Notes: generated by a model from the sequence alone, not told the origin. A stretch of DNA of 64,000 bases from Vicinamibacterales bacterium (GCA_050250875.1 JBFWNV010000010.1:22221-86220); one strand, 5' to 3'; numbered from the stretch's first letter, positions 50,195-62,091 are shown. Numbers and translations are program-made.

Positions 50195-52035
50195 GACGTG
50201 CGGCCCTCGTCGACGCGCACCTCGCGGAACATCCCGGCTTCCATGTGGAACAGCAGATGGCAGTGATACGCCCAGCGGCCGAGGGCATCGGCGGTCACCC
50301 GGTAGCTGCGCCGCGCCCCGGGCGGCATGTCGATCGTGTGCTTGCGCACCTTGAAGCGCCCCTGGTCGTCCTCGAGATCGCTCCACATCCCGTGCAGGTG
50401 AATGGGGTGCGTCATCATCGTGTCGTTGACCAGGACGATGCGGACGCGCTCGCCGTAGGTCAGCCGCACCGGCTCGGCGGCCGAGAACTTGACGCCATCG
50501 AACGACCAGGCGAAGCGCTCCATGTGGCCGGTCAGGTGCAGCTCGATCGTGCGGGTCGGCTCACGGCCGTCGGGATCGGCGAACGTGCTGGTCAGGTCGG
50601 CATAGGTCAGCACGCGCCGGCCGTTGCCGCGCAGGCCGATGCCCGGGTCGTCGAGCTTGGCGGTGGGCGACGTCGTCTGCATGTCGACGAGCGGATTGCC
50701 GGCTTCGGTCGGCGGGTGGGCCTGGGTGGCACCGCCCATGGTCGACATGTCGTGGCCGGCGTGAGGATCGGCCGCGACCGGCGGCGGCATCGCGTGGCCC
50801 GCATGCGGGTCGTCCGCGGCGGGCGGCGGGCTCGGCATCACGTGGCCCGCGTGAGGATCGGCGGCGGCCGGGACGGAAGGGGTCGGCGCGGCGCCCGCGT
50901 CGTGACCGGCGTGGCCCGCATGGCCCATGTCGGTCATGGTCAGCACCGGGCGCGGATCCACGTCCGGCACCGGCGCCGACAGGCCGGCGCGGATGGCGAG
51001 CGTGCCGGCGGCAAAGCCGGTGCGATCCATCGCCTGCGCGAAGATGGTGAACGCCTCCTGGCCGCTCGGCTCGACGACGACGTCGAAAGTCTCGGCCACG
51101 GCGATGCGGAACTCGTCCACCGTCACCGGGCGCACCGGCAGTCCGTCGGCGGCCACGACGGTCATCTTCAGCCCCGGAATGCGCACGTCGAAGTACGACA
51201 TCGCCGATCCGTTGATCAACCGCAGCCGCACCTTCTCGCCCGACGCGAACAAGCCGGTCCAGTTGCCCGCCGGCGTCTGCCCGTTCATCAGGTAGGTGTA
51301 GGTGTAGCCGGTGACGTCGGCGAGATCGGCGGCGCTCATGCGCATCTCGCCCCACGCCTTCCGCTCGGCCAGCGTCGCGCCCAGACCGCGCTCCCGCACG
51401 TCGCGCAGGAACGTGGCCAGCGTGCGCTGCCGGAAGTTGTAGTAGTCCGACTGCTTCTTGAGCTTCTTGAAGACGCGCTCGGGATGTTCGTCGGTCCAGT
51501 CGGTGAGCATCACGACGTGCTCGCGATCGACCTGGAACGGCTCGGGCTCGCGGGGCTCGATGATCAGCGGACCGTACACGCCCTGCTGTTCCTGGAACCC
51601 CGAATGGCTGTGGTACCAGTAGGTGCCGTGCTGCTTCACCGTGAAGCGGTAGCGATACGACTGGCCGGGATGGATGCCCGAGAAGCTCAGCCCGGGCACG
51701 CCGTCCATGTTGGCCGGCAGGATGATGCCGTGCCAGTGAATCGACGTGTCCTCGTCGAGCCCGTTGGCGACGTCGAGGGTGATCGTGTCGCCCTCCTTCC
51801 AGCGCAGCAGCGGCCCCGGCAGCGAGTCGTTGATGGTCAGCGCGGTGCGCGGCCGGCCGGTGAGGTTGACGTCGGTCTCGCCGATCCGGAGGCTGAACTC
51901 CGTCCCCGACAGCACGCCTGAGTCGCGGCGCGCCCGTGACTGCGCCCATGCCGGCTGACGCAGCAGGCCGACGCTGGCGGCCGCGCCACAGGTGGCGAGG
52001 CCCTTGACGAACGTCCGTCGCGACGGTCGGTCCAT
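50191..52035 (-). CDS. copA: Copper resistance multicopper oxidase CopA/PcoA (Tat)
   Basis: SRRTFV Tat motif; HWH, HSH, HPIHLH and HCHLLFHM copper motifs; His/Met-rich insert. Confidence 0.95.
   Translation of the reverse strand: MDRPSRRTFVKGLATCGAAASVGLLRQPAWAQSRARRDSGVLSGTEFSLRIGETDVNLTGRPRTALTINDSLPGPLLRWKEGDTITLDVANGLDEDTSIHWHGIILPANMDGVPGLSFSGIHPGQSYRYRFTVKQHGTYWYHSHSGFQEQQGVYGPLIIEPREPEPFQVDREHVVMLTDWTDEHPERVFKKLKKQSDYYNFRQRTLATFLRDVRERGLGATLAERKAWGEMRMSAADLADVTGYTYTYLMNGQTPAGNWTGLFASGEKVRLRLINGSAMSYFDVRIPGLKMTVVAADGLPVRPVTVDEFRIAVAETFDVVVEPSGQEAFTIFAQAMDRTGFAAGTLAIRAGLSAPVPDVDPRPVLTMTDMGHAGHAGHDAGAAPTPSVPAAADPHAGHVMPSPPPAADDPHAGHAMPPPVAADPHAGHDMSTMGGATQAHPPTEAGNPLVDMQTTSPTAKLDDPGIGLRGNGRRVLTYADLTSTFADPDGREPTRTIELHLTGHMERFAWSFDGVKFSAAEPVRLTYGERVRIVLVNDTMMTHPIHLHGMWSDLEDDQGRFKVRKHTIDMPPGARRSYRVTADALGRWAYHCHLLFHMEAGMFREVRVDEGRTS
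50747..50860 (-). repeat. Three DPHAGHxM peptide repeats in CopA
   Basis: DPHAGHVM, DPHAGHAM and DPHAGHDM separated by Pro-rich spacers; DPHAGH also occurs in the CusB tail. Confidence 0.7.
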
Positions 52036-52141
52036 GATCCGACATCCCTTCCGAACACGGCGCGACCACACGGGCCGCGGCAATTGCCGACTACCAGACC
52101 TGGAGGCAGAACCGGGGCGGGAACGCCCCGTGACCGCGGGA

Positions 52142-52615
52142 TCAGATCCGCAGAACGGCGGGCGTGCGAGGCGGAGAGGGCGGAGTGGGCGGTGGAGCGG
52201 TAAGGCGCGGACGCGTCTCCGGGAGCCAGATGACGGCGGCCGAATCGTGAGCGGTGAGCGTCGCCAGCAGCGCCTGCGACTGCGGGTTCTGCCGCAGCGG
52301 CGCAACGGCTGGCACGGTCGTGGCGACGCCGTCGGCGCAGCACTCGTCGCACGCCGCGGTCCACTGCCCCGAGGTCGCCGGCGCGGGCGGTACGGCCACC
52401 GCGTCGGCGTGTCCCATGGCGTCGTGGTCGTGAGCCGCGGCCGCGGCAGCTGGCACTGCGGCTGTCGGCACAACGCCACCTGGCCCGCCGTCGAGTCCGG
52501 CGTGACCGGCGGTCGGCGGCAGGCACAGTGTCACGCACGCCGACAGCACGGCCGGCGCCCCCGCGAGGGTGAGCACCGTCACGAGGGCCGCGACGCGCCC
52601 GACCATTGCCATCAT
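52142..52615 (-). CDS. CopL/CutF-like Cys/His leader protein upstream of copA
   Basis: Hydrophobic N-terminus, CVTLC, HDHDAMGH, CDECC, Pro-rich tail ending PAVLRI*; TATACT at 52619-52624 just upstream. Confidence 0.7.
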   Translation of the reverse strand: MMAMVGRVAALVTVLTLAGAPAVLSACVTLCLPPTAGHAGLDGGPGGVVPTAAVPAAAAAAHDHDAMGHADAVAVPPAPATSGQWTAACDECCADGVATTVPAVAPLRQNPQSQALLATLTAHDSAAVIWLPETRPRLTAPPPTPPSPPRTPAVLRI

Positions 52616-52647
52616 CCGAGTATAGCCCCGGACGCCGCTCCGGCGGC

Positions 52648-55080
<2,433 letters not shown>

Positions 55081-55093
55081 GGGAAGAATCCTC

Positions 55094-55118
55094 GGGGCCG
55101 GCCCGAGAGGCCGGCCCC
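55094..55118 (-). terminator. GC-rich hairpin between the YHS gene and the ATPase
   Basis: GGGGCCGGCC-CGAGA-GGCCGGCCCC, 10-bp stem abutting the ATPase SD. Confidence 0.45.
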
Positions 55119-55128
55119 TGAAATGGTG

Positions 55129-55269
55129 CTACTTGGCGTACTGACCGGGGTTCGCGTCGAACTTCGTCTTGCAGCCTTTCGAGCAGAAGTAGTACGTCTG
55201 CCCCTGGTACTGGCTCGTCCCCGCGGCCTTGGCCGGGTCCACCTGCATCCCGCACACCGGATCCTTCAT
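55129..55269 (-). CDS. Stand-alone YHS/TRASH domain protein (46 aa)
   Basis: MKDPVCGMQVDPAKAAGTSQYQGQTYYFCSKGCKTKFDANPGQYAK*; GGAGG RBS; absent from the ORF track. Confidence 0.9.
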   Translation of the reverse strand: MKDPVCGMQVDPAKAAGTSQYQGQTYYFCSKGCKTKFDANPGQYAK

Positions 55270-55293
55270 GGTCGTCCTCCCCTTCTACCCTCC

Positions 55294-55321
55294 TTCACGC
55301 AACCGCCGCAGCTTCATTACA
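55294..55321 (-). promoter_or_regulatory. Putative ECF sigma promoter
   Basis: Minus strand TGTAAT-N16-CGTGAA between the sigma gene and the YHS gene. Confidence 0.45.
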
Positions 55322-55333
55322 CGCCAGGATTTC

Positions 55334-55909
55334 CTAACGTTTTCCGCAGGAACAGTCGAGGCACCCGTGTTCGGCGCAGGTACCGCACGACCGCACGACC
55401 TGCTTGCGCAGCGCCTCCCGCGCCCGGAAGAGTCGGACGCCGGCATTCGACGGGGTCAGTCCCGCTGCCTCTGCAAACGCCTTGACGGGGGTGTCGTCGA
55501 CGTCCACCGCGCGGATCGCCTGGGCGTACTCGGGCTTGAGGGTCTGCGCCAGCCGTCCGATGCAGGCGCAAATCTCCTCGCGCAGCTCGGCCGGCGGCGC
55601 GGCCGCGTCGGCCATCTCCCGGGTAAGCGCCGCGAGCCCGCGTGCCTCGGCGCCCCGACGCCGGTAGCGGTCGATCGCCGCATTGCGCAGCACGCGGTAG
55701 AACCACGGCACCAGACCGTTTTCGGGGACGGCGGCAAAGCGATCCAGGTTGCGGACGAAGGCGTCCTGCAGGATGTCCTCGGCGAGCGCGCGGTCGCCGA
55801 CCCGTCGCTCGAGGTAGCGCAGGAACGCGCGGTGGTTCTCGACGAGGATGTCAGCTGCCTGCCGATCCATGGTCACGGCATCCGCGCCCGGCTCTGCGTC
55901 TCCGCTCAT
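55334..55909 (-). CDS. CorE-like ECF sigma factor with a C-terminal Cys-rich domain
   Basis: AEDILQDAF, WFYRVLRNAAIDRYR, CAC between regions 2 and 4, tail CGTCAEHGCLDCSC. Alternative start at 55870. Confidence 0.88.
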   Translation of the reverse strand: MSGDAEPGADAVTMDRQAADILVENHRAFLRYLERRVGDRALAEDILQDAFVRNLDRFAAVPENGLVPWFYRVLRNAAIDRYRRRGAEARGLAALTREMADAAAPPAELREEICACIGRLAQTLKPEYAQAIRAVDVDDTPVKAFAEAAGLTPSNAGVRLFRAREALRKQVVRSCGTCAEHGCLDCSCGKR

Positions 55910-55913
55910 GCCG

Positions 55914-58900
55914 TCAGTATAGGCAGGCACTGGAGTGGGCGGGCAGGGCCGCCACCTGGTGCCGTCGCCACATGGTGTACGCCGCTGGCAATACGAGCAG
56001 GGTGAGCACCATGCACGACCACAGGCCCCCGACCACCGGCGCGGCTGTGCGCGCGGAGACGTCGGCGCCCACGCCCGATTCCCAGAGCAGCGGCAGCAGC
56101 CCGAGCACCGTCGTGGCCACCGTCATGAGCAGCGGTCGCACCCGCGCCGACGCCCCTTCGATGACGGCCGCGTCCACGTCGGCAGGCACCTGGATGCGGC
56201 CTTCGCGCGTGTACCGCGCAAAGGCCTCGTCGAGGTACACCACCATCACGATGCCGGTCTCGGCCGCGACGCCGGCCACGGCGATGAGCCCCACCCACAC
56301 GGCGGTGGACAGGTTGTAGTGCATGTACGACAGCAGCCAGACACTGCCGGCCACCGCGAACGGCAGGCTCGAGAGCACGAGGAACGTCTGGGGCCACCCC
56401 TGCATCGAGAGGCGGAGCAGGATGACGACCAGGAGGAGTGTCAGCGGGATGACATAGCGGAGACGGGCCTCCATCTCCGCCAGGAACTCGTATTGTCCGG
56501 TCCACTGCAGCCGGGAGCCGGCCGGCAGCGTCAGCTGCGCCGCGACAACGGCTTTGGCGTCATCCACCCAACCGCCGAGATCGCGCTGGGTCTGGTCGAT
56601 GTCGGCGAAGACATACCCGACGAGCACGCCATTCTCGTCCTTGATCATGGGCGGCCCGGTCGTCACCCGCACGTCGGCGAGCTGTCCGAGCGGGACGGAT
56701 GCGGCGGGTTGGCGCCACTGCTCGAGGAAGTCGGGGTCCGACGTCGCGGTCCCGCCCATCGGGGGCTGCGACACGCCCGACGCCATGCCGCCAGCCGTGG
56801 CCGGCCGCGCTCCGCCGCCGCCCATTCCGCCCATGCCCCCGCCACCGGCCGCCGTTAGACCCACCAGTCCGGCGCCCGCCCCACTGGCGCCCGCCCCGGT
56901 ATTGGTGCCAGCGACGTCGACCAGGGCGCCTGTGGAGGGGACGGGCACGAGCAGCGCCCGCAGGGCCTCCGGGTCCGACCGCTGATCGGCGGCGACGCGG
57001 AGATTGATCGAGAAGCGCGCCCGACCGGCGATCGCCGTCGACACAGGCATGCCCCCGATGGCCGCTTCCACCACGTCCTGCACATCGCGCACGGTGAGCC
57101 CGTAGCGGGCGATGGCCGTCCGATCGGGCGCGATATCCACGTACTCGCGCCCCGTCTGACGCTCGGCGAACGTGCTGCGCGTGCCGGCCACCTGCCGGAG
57201 CAGGCCTTCCAGGTGGACGCTGATGCGCTCGATCTCGTCGAGGTTCTCGCCGAACACCTTCACACCGACGGGCGTCCGCACGCCCGTCGTCAGCATGTCG
57301 ATCCGGGTCCGGATCGGTGGCGCGATCGCCATCTGATAGCCGGGCATCCGCAGTGCGGCATCGAGGTCGCGCGAGAGCTGCGCCAGCGTGCGTGGCTCCT
57401 GCTCCGGCCAGAGGCGGCGGAGGACGGCCCGCTTGAGCCAGTCGGGCGCGTAGTTGCTGTGCCAGCGCGGGGTGTAGCGGGTGGGCCACTCCCCTCGGGG
57501 CTTCAGCGTGACCACCGACTCGATCATGTCGAGCTGGGCCGGATCGGTCGCCGTCTCGGCACGGCCGGCCTTCCCATGGACCGACCGCACCTCGGGGAAG
57601 CGCATGATGATCCGGTTCTGCACCACCAGCGCCCGGCGCGCCTCCTCGATCGCGATGCCGGGAAACGTCGTCGGCATGACCAGCAGTGAGCCCTCGTCGA
57701 GCGGCGGCATGAACTCCGACCCGAGCCGCTGGAACACCGGCACGGTGGCCACCATCAGCGTGATCGCGATGAGCACCACCACCACGCGCGCCCGCACGAC
57801 GAGCGTCGCCACCGGGCGGTAGACGGCGCTCAGCAGGCGGCTGACCGGGTTCGTGGCGTCGGTGCGGAAGCGCCCCCGGAGCAGCAGCACCATCAGTGGC
57901 GGCGCCAGCGTGATCGACAGGATCGCCGCCGCGAACATCGCGAAGGTCTTCGTATAGGCCAGCGGCGTGAAGAGCCGCCCCGCCTGGCCGGCCAGCGTGA
58001 AAATCGGCAGGAAGCTGATCGTGATGAGGAGCAGCGAGAAGAAGATCGGCCGTCCCACCTCCTTGCACGCGTCGACGATGACCCGCTTGCGGTCGCTGCC
58101 CGCCGGCGCCGCGGCCAGGCGTACGTGGGCGTTCTCGATGAGCACGATGACCGCGTCGGCGAGTTCACCCACCGCGATGGCGATGCCGCCGAGCGACATG
58201 ATGTTGGACGTCAGGCCGAGGTAGCGGATGGCGATGAACGACATCAGCACCGACATCGGCAGGACGATCATCACGACCAGGGCCGAGCGGGCGTGGAAGA
58301 GGAAGACCAGGCAGATGATCGTGACGATGACCGCCTGCTGCACGAGGGTGTTGGTCAGCGTCTTGACCGAGCCGATGATGAGTTCGGACCGGTCGTAGGT
58401 GGGAATCAGGCGGACGCCGTCGGGCAGCCGCAGCGTGGCCATCTGTGCCTCGAGGGCACGGATCACGTCGAGGGCATTCGAGCCGATCCGCATGACCACG
58501 ATGCCGCCGACCGTCTCCCCCGTGCCGTTCAGATCGGCCGCGCCGCGGCGGATGTCGGGGCCGTACCGGACGCGCGCAACGTCGCGCAGGCGGACCGGGA
58601 TCCCGCCTCGGCCCACCGCGACGACGCTGCTCTCGAGGTCCGCCAGCTCCTTGACGTAACCCCGGCCGCGCAGGACGTATTCACGCCCCGCGAGCTCGAG
58701 CACACGGGCTCCGACTTCCGCATTCGCGTCGCGCACGGACCGCGTGATGTCGCTGAGCGTCACGCCGAAGCCGACGAGCCGGTCGGGGTCGACGACGATC
58801 TGGTATTGACGCTGGAACCCGCCGAGTGAGGCTACCTCCGCCACGCCGGTGACCGCCTGCAGCGCCGGCCGGATCGTGAAATCCTGCAGGGTGCGCAGTT

Positions 58901-59363
58901 CGGCGAGGTCGAGCCGGCCCGTGGCGTCCGTCAAGGCGTACTGGTAGACCCACCCGACCCCACTGGCGTCGGGCCCCAGCGTCGGCGTCACGCCGGGCGG
59001 GAGGGACTGCTGGACGCGCCCGAGCTGCTCCAGCACACGGGTACGCGCCCAGTAGATGTCGGTGCCTTCACCGAAGAGGGCGTAGGTGAAGCTCATGCCG
59101 AACATCGAGTAGCCCCGGACGGTCACGACGCCAGGCGTGCTCTGCAGCGTGCGGACGAGCGGGTAGGTGATCTGGTCTTCCACCAGGTCCGGGCTCCGCC
59201 CCATCCACTCGGTGTAGACGATCACCTGCGGATCGGAGATGTCGGGCAAGGCGTCGAGCGGCGTCTTGCGGACCGAGTCGGCCGCCCATAGGGCGAGGAC
59301 GAGCACCACGCCGAAGACCACCCACTTGTGCTTGGCCGACAGCTCGATGAGACGTTCGACCAT
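55914..59363 (-). CDS. cusA: CusA family heavy-metal RND permease
   Basis: LDALPDISD.QVIV, LGPDASGVGWVYQY, EFMPPLDEG, RIDMLTTG, GPPMIKDENG, GVAAETG. Confidence 0.93.
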   Translation of the reverse strand: MVERLIELSAKHKWVVFGVVLVLALWAADSVRKTPLDALPDISDPQVIVYTEWMGRSPDLVEDQITYPLVRTLQSTPGVVTVRGYSMFGMSFTYALFGEGTDIYWARTRVLEQLGRVQQSLPPGVTPTLGPDASGVGWVYQYALTDATGRLDLAELRTLQDFTIRPALQAVTGVAEVASLGGFQRQYQIVVDPDRLVGFGVTLSDITRSVRDANAEVGARVLELAGREYVLRGRGYVKELADLESSVVAVGRGGIPVRLRDVARVRYGPDIRRGAADLNGTGETVGGIVVMRIGSNALDVIRALEAQMATLRLPDGVRLIPTYDRSELIIGSVKTLTNTLVQQAVIVTIICLVFLFHARSALVVMIVLPMSVLMSFIAIRYLGLTSNIMSLGGIAIAVGELADAVIVLIENAHVRLAAAPAGSDRKRVIVDACKEVGRPIFFSLLLITISFLPIFTLAGQAGRLFTPLAYTKTFAMFAAAILSITLAPPLMVLLLRGRFRTDATNPVSRLLSAVYRPVATLVVRARVVVVLIAITLMVATVPVFQRLGSEFMPPLDEGSLLVMPTTFPGIAIEEARRALVVQNRIIMRFPEVRSVHGKAGRAETATDPAQLDMIESVVTLKPRGEWPTRYTPRWHSNYAPDWLKRAVLRRLWPEQEPRTLAQLSRDLDAALRMPGYQMAIAPPIRTRIDMLTTGVRTPVGVKVFGENLDEIERISVHLEGLLRQVAGTRSTFAERQTGREYVDIAPDRTAIARYGLTVRDVQDVVEAAIGGMPVSTAIAGRARFSINLRVAADQRSDPEALRALLVPVPSTGALVDVAGTNTGAGASGAGAGLVGLTAAGGGGMGGMGGGGARPATAGGMASGVSQPPMGGTATSDPDFLEQWRQPAASVPLGQLADVRVTTGPPMIKDENGVLVGYVFADIDQTQRDLGGWVDDAKAVVAAQLTLPAGSRLQWTGQYEFLAEMEARLRYVIPLTLLLVVILLRLSMQGWPQTFLVLSSLPFAVAGSVWLLSYMHYNLSTAVWVGLIAVAGVAAETGIVMVVYLDEAFARYTREGRIQVPADVDAAVIEGASARVRPLLMTVATTVLGLLPLLWESGVGADVSARTAAPVVGGLWSCMVLTLLVLPAAYTMWRRHQVAALPAHSSACLY

Positions 59364-59368
59364 GGCCA

Positions 59369-60694
59369 CTACTCCTGGCGAGGCGGAGCCTCGGTCCGGG
59401 TGGGCGTGGAGTGCCCGGCGTGCGGATCGGCCGGCGGAGGGGCCGCGGCCTTCGGCGGCGCGCCGGGTGACGCGTCGGGCGTCGGCGTGCCGCCGTGCGC
59501 GTGACCGCCCATGCCGCCGGTCGCCCGCAGTCGGCTCTCGGAGTCGAGCAGGAACACGCCCGCGGTGACGACGAGGTCGCCGTCGTTCAGACCGGTCCGG
59601 ACTTCCACGCGGTCGGCCAGTTGGAGCCCCAGCGTCACGGGGCGAGGCTCGAAGCGGTCGCCGACCACCACGAACACGTGCTGCTGGCGTCCGGTATCGA
59701 CCACAGCGTCCCTCGGCACGGTGATGGCGGGTGTGCCGGCCACCGAGAAGGCGGCCGTCCCGTAGAGGCCTGGGCGCAGCGTGCCGCGGCCGTTCCCGAC
59801 GGTGAAACGCACGCGAAGCGTGCGCGTTCGCTCGGTGAGCGTCGGGTACAGGAAGTCCACGCGCGCGGTGAACGGCGCGCGGCCGGACGCGGGAAAGTCG
59901 AGCGTCGCGACCGTGCCGGGCCGCACCGACGGGATGCTCGCTTCGGGCACCTCGGCCAAGACCCACACGGACGACAGATCGGCAATGGTGAGCAGGGGCG
60001 TCGACGGGTCGACGGCCGTCCCCACCGTGACACCGCGGGTCACGACCACGCCGCGTCGTGGCGCTACCACGGTGATCAAGCGTCGCGGCTCGCCGCTCGC
60101 TTCAATCGCCGCGATCTCCTCGGGCGACATCCCCAGAACGCCCAACCGGGTACGGCCGCCTGCCACGACCGCGCTCGATATGCCAGACGCCGTGACGGCC
60201 TGACGGGCGGCCAGATACTCCGTCTGGGACGACAGCAGTTCCTGCGAGAAGACGCGCGCCAAGGGCTGTCCAACGCGCACGGTCTCGCCGGTGGTGTTGA
60301 CGTCCAGTTGCTCGACCCATCCGGCGACGCGTGTGTGCACGTGCGAGATGCGCGACTCGTCGGGCGCCACGGTGGCCACGGCCTGAATGGTGTCGGTGAG
60401 CGCCTCGCGCCTGACCGGCTGAATCTGCACGCCCAGCGTCTGCAGCGTCTCGGCCGTGACGTCGATGACCACGCGGGACGGCGGATTCCCGGCGGTCGCG
60501 CCGCTCATGTCCATACCCGCCATGTCCGCGCCGGCGGCCGGGCTCGCCGCCGAGGCGACCTCTTCCGGCGCAGCGGTAAACGGCCAACCCTGGCGCTGGC
60601 GCTGCACCCACAATGCCCCTACGAGCACGGCGGCGGTGACGACCGACGCCAGGACCGGGGCCAGGGCCCCACGAACGCCAGAGCGACCAGTCAT
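59369..60694 (-). CDS. cusB: CusB family periplasmic adaptor
   Basis: MAGMDM, RVAGWVEQL, IADLSSVWV, YPTL..RTRT, FLLDSESRL; His-containing tail. Confidence 0.9.
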   Translation of the reverse strand: MTGRSGVRGALAPVLASVVTAAVLVGALWVQRQRQGWPFTAAPEEVASAASPAAGADMAGMDMSGATAGNPPSRVVIDVTAETLQTLGVQIQPVRREALTDTIQAVATVAPDESRISHVHTRVAGWVEQLDVNTTGETVRVGQPLARVFSQELLSSQTEYLAARQAVTASGISSAVVAGGRTRLGVLGMSPEEIAAIEASGEPRRLITVVAPRRGVVVTRGVTVGTAVDPSTPLLTIADLSSVWVLAEVPEASIPSVRPGTVATLDFPASGRAPFTARVDFLYPTLTERTRTLRVRFTVGNGRGTLRPGLYGTAAFSVAGTPAITVPRDAVVDTGRQQHVFVVVGDRFEPRPVTLGLQLADRVEVRTGLNDGDLVVTAGVFLLDSESRLRATGGMGGHAHGGTPTPDASPGAPPKAAAPPPADPHAGHSTPTRTEAPPRQE

Positions 60695-61947
60695 CGCAGC
60701 ACCTCCTCGTACGAGCCGATGGCGCGGCCCAGCCGCACCCACGCCAGGCCGAGTTCGACGTCGGCCACAATCACGTCCGCCTGCACCGTCCACAGGGCCT
60801 GCACGGCTTCGATCACGCTCACCAGCGGAAGTTGGCCGGCGGTGTAGCCGGCGACGGCCGGAGCAATCGCCATCCGCGCTCGCGGCAAGACGTTCGTGTT
60901 GAGTGCGTCCTGGCGGTCGCGCCACGCCTGAACCTGATTGGTCGCCGTCGCGGCCTCGCCCTCGAACATGCGCGTCATCGCCCGCAGGTCGGCTTCGGAC
61001 ATCGCGCGCATGGCTTGGGCTTCGGCGACGCCGGCGCGCAGCTTCCCGCGCCAGATCGGAAGGCTGAGGCCCACCATCGCCATCCAGCCCTTGCCGTCGG
61101 TCATCGTGTAGGAGGGACCCGTGCGAATGGTGGCCATCGGCCGATACATGTCGCGCATGACCTGCACGTCGGCCTCGGCCCGCGCAATCTCGGCGCGGAC
61201 CGCAGTGAGTTCCGGGCGCTCGATGAGCGCCGCGCGAAGCGCCGGCCAAGGTGGCGGAGGCTGCGTCACGACAACGGGCTGCAGCGGCGGCAGTGCCGTG
61301 TCGGCGTCGAGACCAAGGCTGGTGGCGAACATGCTCTCAGCTCCTCGGACCTCGCTCACGAGGGCGCGCGCCAGCGCCTCCAGACGGGCGACCTCCACTT
61401 CGGCGCGCAGCACATCCGACTGCGGCGCCGTGCCGGCGGCATATCGGGCGTTCGCCGCGGCGACGACGTCGCGTGCGAAGGCGACCTGCTCCGACAGCAG
61501 CGCCTGCGTGCGCTGCCGCTCCTGCAGCATCAGGAACGCGTTCGCGGCCTGCAGTCCGACGTCCAGGCCAGCACGGCCCGTCTCGGCACGGAGCCGGTCG
61601 ACGTCTGCAAGCGCAGAGGCGCGCCGATGGCCGCGGATGCCGGACAGCGGGATCTGCTGTTCGATGGTGACGCTGACGTCCGCCCCGCTCCACATGAACG
61701 GCAGGTGGTCGAGCGACGGCGACACCATCGGATCCGGGAGCGCCGACACGATGGTCGGCCGCTGCTCTCCGGCCCGAGTTCGTGCGCGCGCGGCGTCGAT
61801 CTCCGCCCGTCGTTCTCCAGCGATGCGCACGGCATCGACGAGCCGGAGTGGCGACGGCAGGGCCCCCGGTGTCTGGGCCAGGGCCGATGACCCGGCAGCC
61901 AGGATCGCCAGCGCCAGGCCGGCAACCCGCAAGGGCGAGCGAACCAT
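60691..61947 (-). CDS. TolC/CusC family outer membrane factor
   Basis: Signal peptide, ALPDPM, ARYAAG..PQSDVLRA, LSLPIW; GGAGG RBS. Confidence 0.88.
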   Translation of the reverse strand: MVRSPLRVAGLALAILAAGSSALAQTPGALPSPLRLVDAVRIAGERRAEIDAARARTRAGEQRPTIVSALPDPMVSPSLDHLPFMWSGADVSVTIEQQIPLSGIRGHRRASALADVDRLRAETGRAGLDVGLQAANAFLMLQERQRTQALLSEQVAFARDVVAAANARYAAGTAPQSDVLRAEVEVARLEALARALVSEVRGAESMFATSLGLDADTALPPLQPVVVTQPPPPWPALRAALIERPELTAVRAEIARAEADVQVMRDMYRPMATIRTGPSYTMTDGKGWMAMVGLSLPIWRGKLRAGVAEAQAMRAMSEADLRAMTRMFEGEAATATNQVQAWRDRQDALNTNVLPRARMAIAPAVAGYTAGQLPLVSVIEAVQALWTVQADVIVADVELGLAWVRLGRAIGSYEEVLR

Positions 61948-62091
61948 GATCGATTCCTCCGGATCTGATGTGCCGGGAACGTCGGCCCCCCGGCGTGACC
62001 GCGTCAGCCAGAGGCCGGACGTGGCCGGCCGGTCACACACGCCGAGCCGCCGTGTCGCGGTCACGAGCCGACCGCCGGCGGCCAAGGCGTT

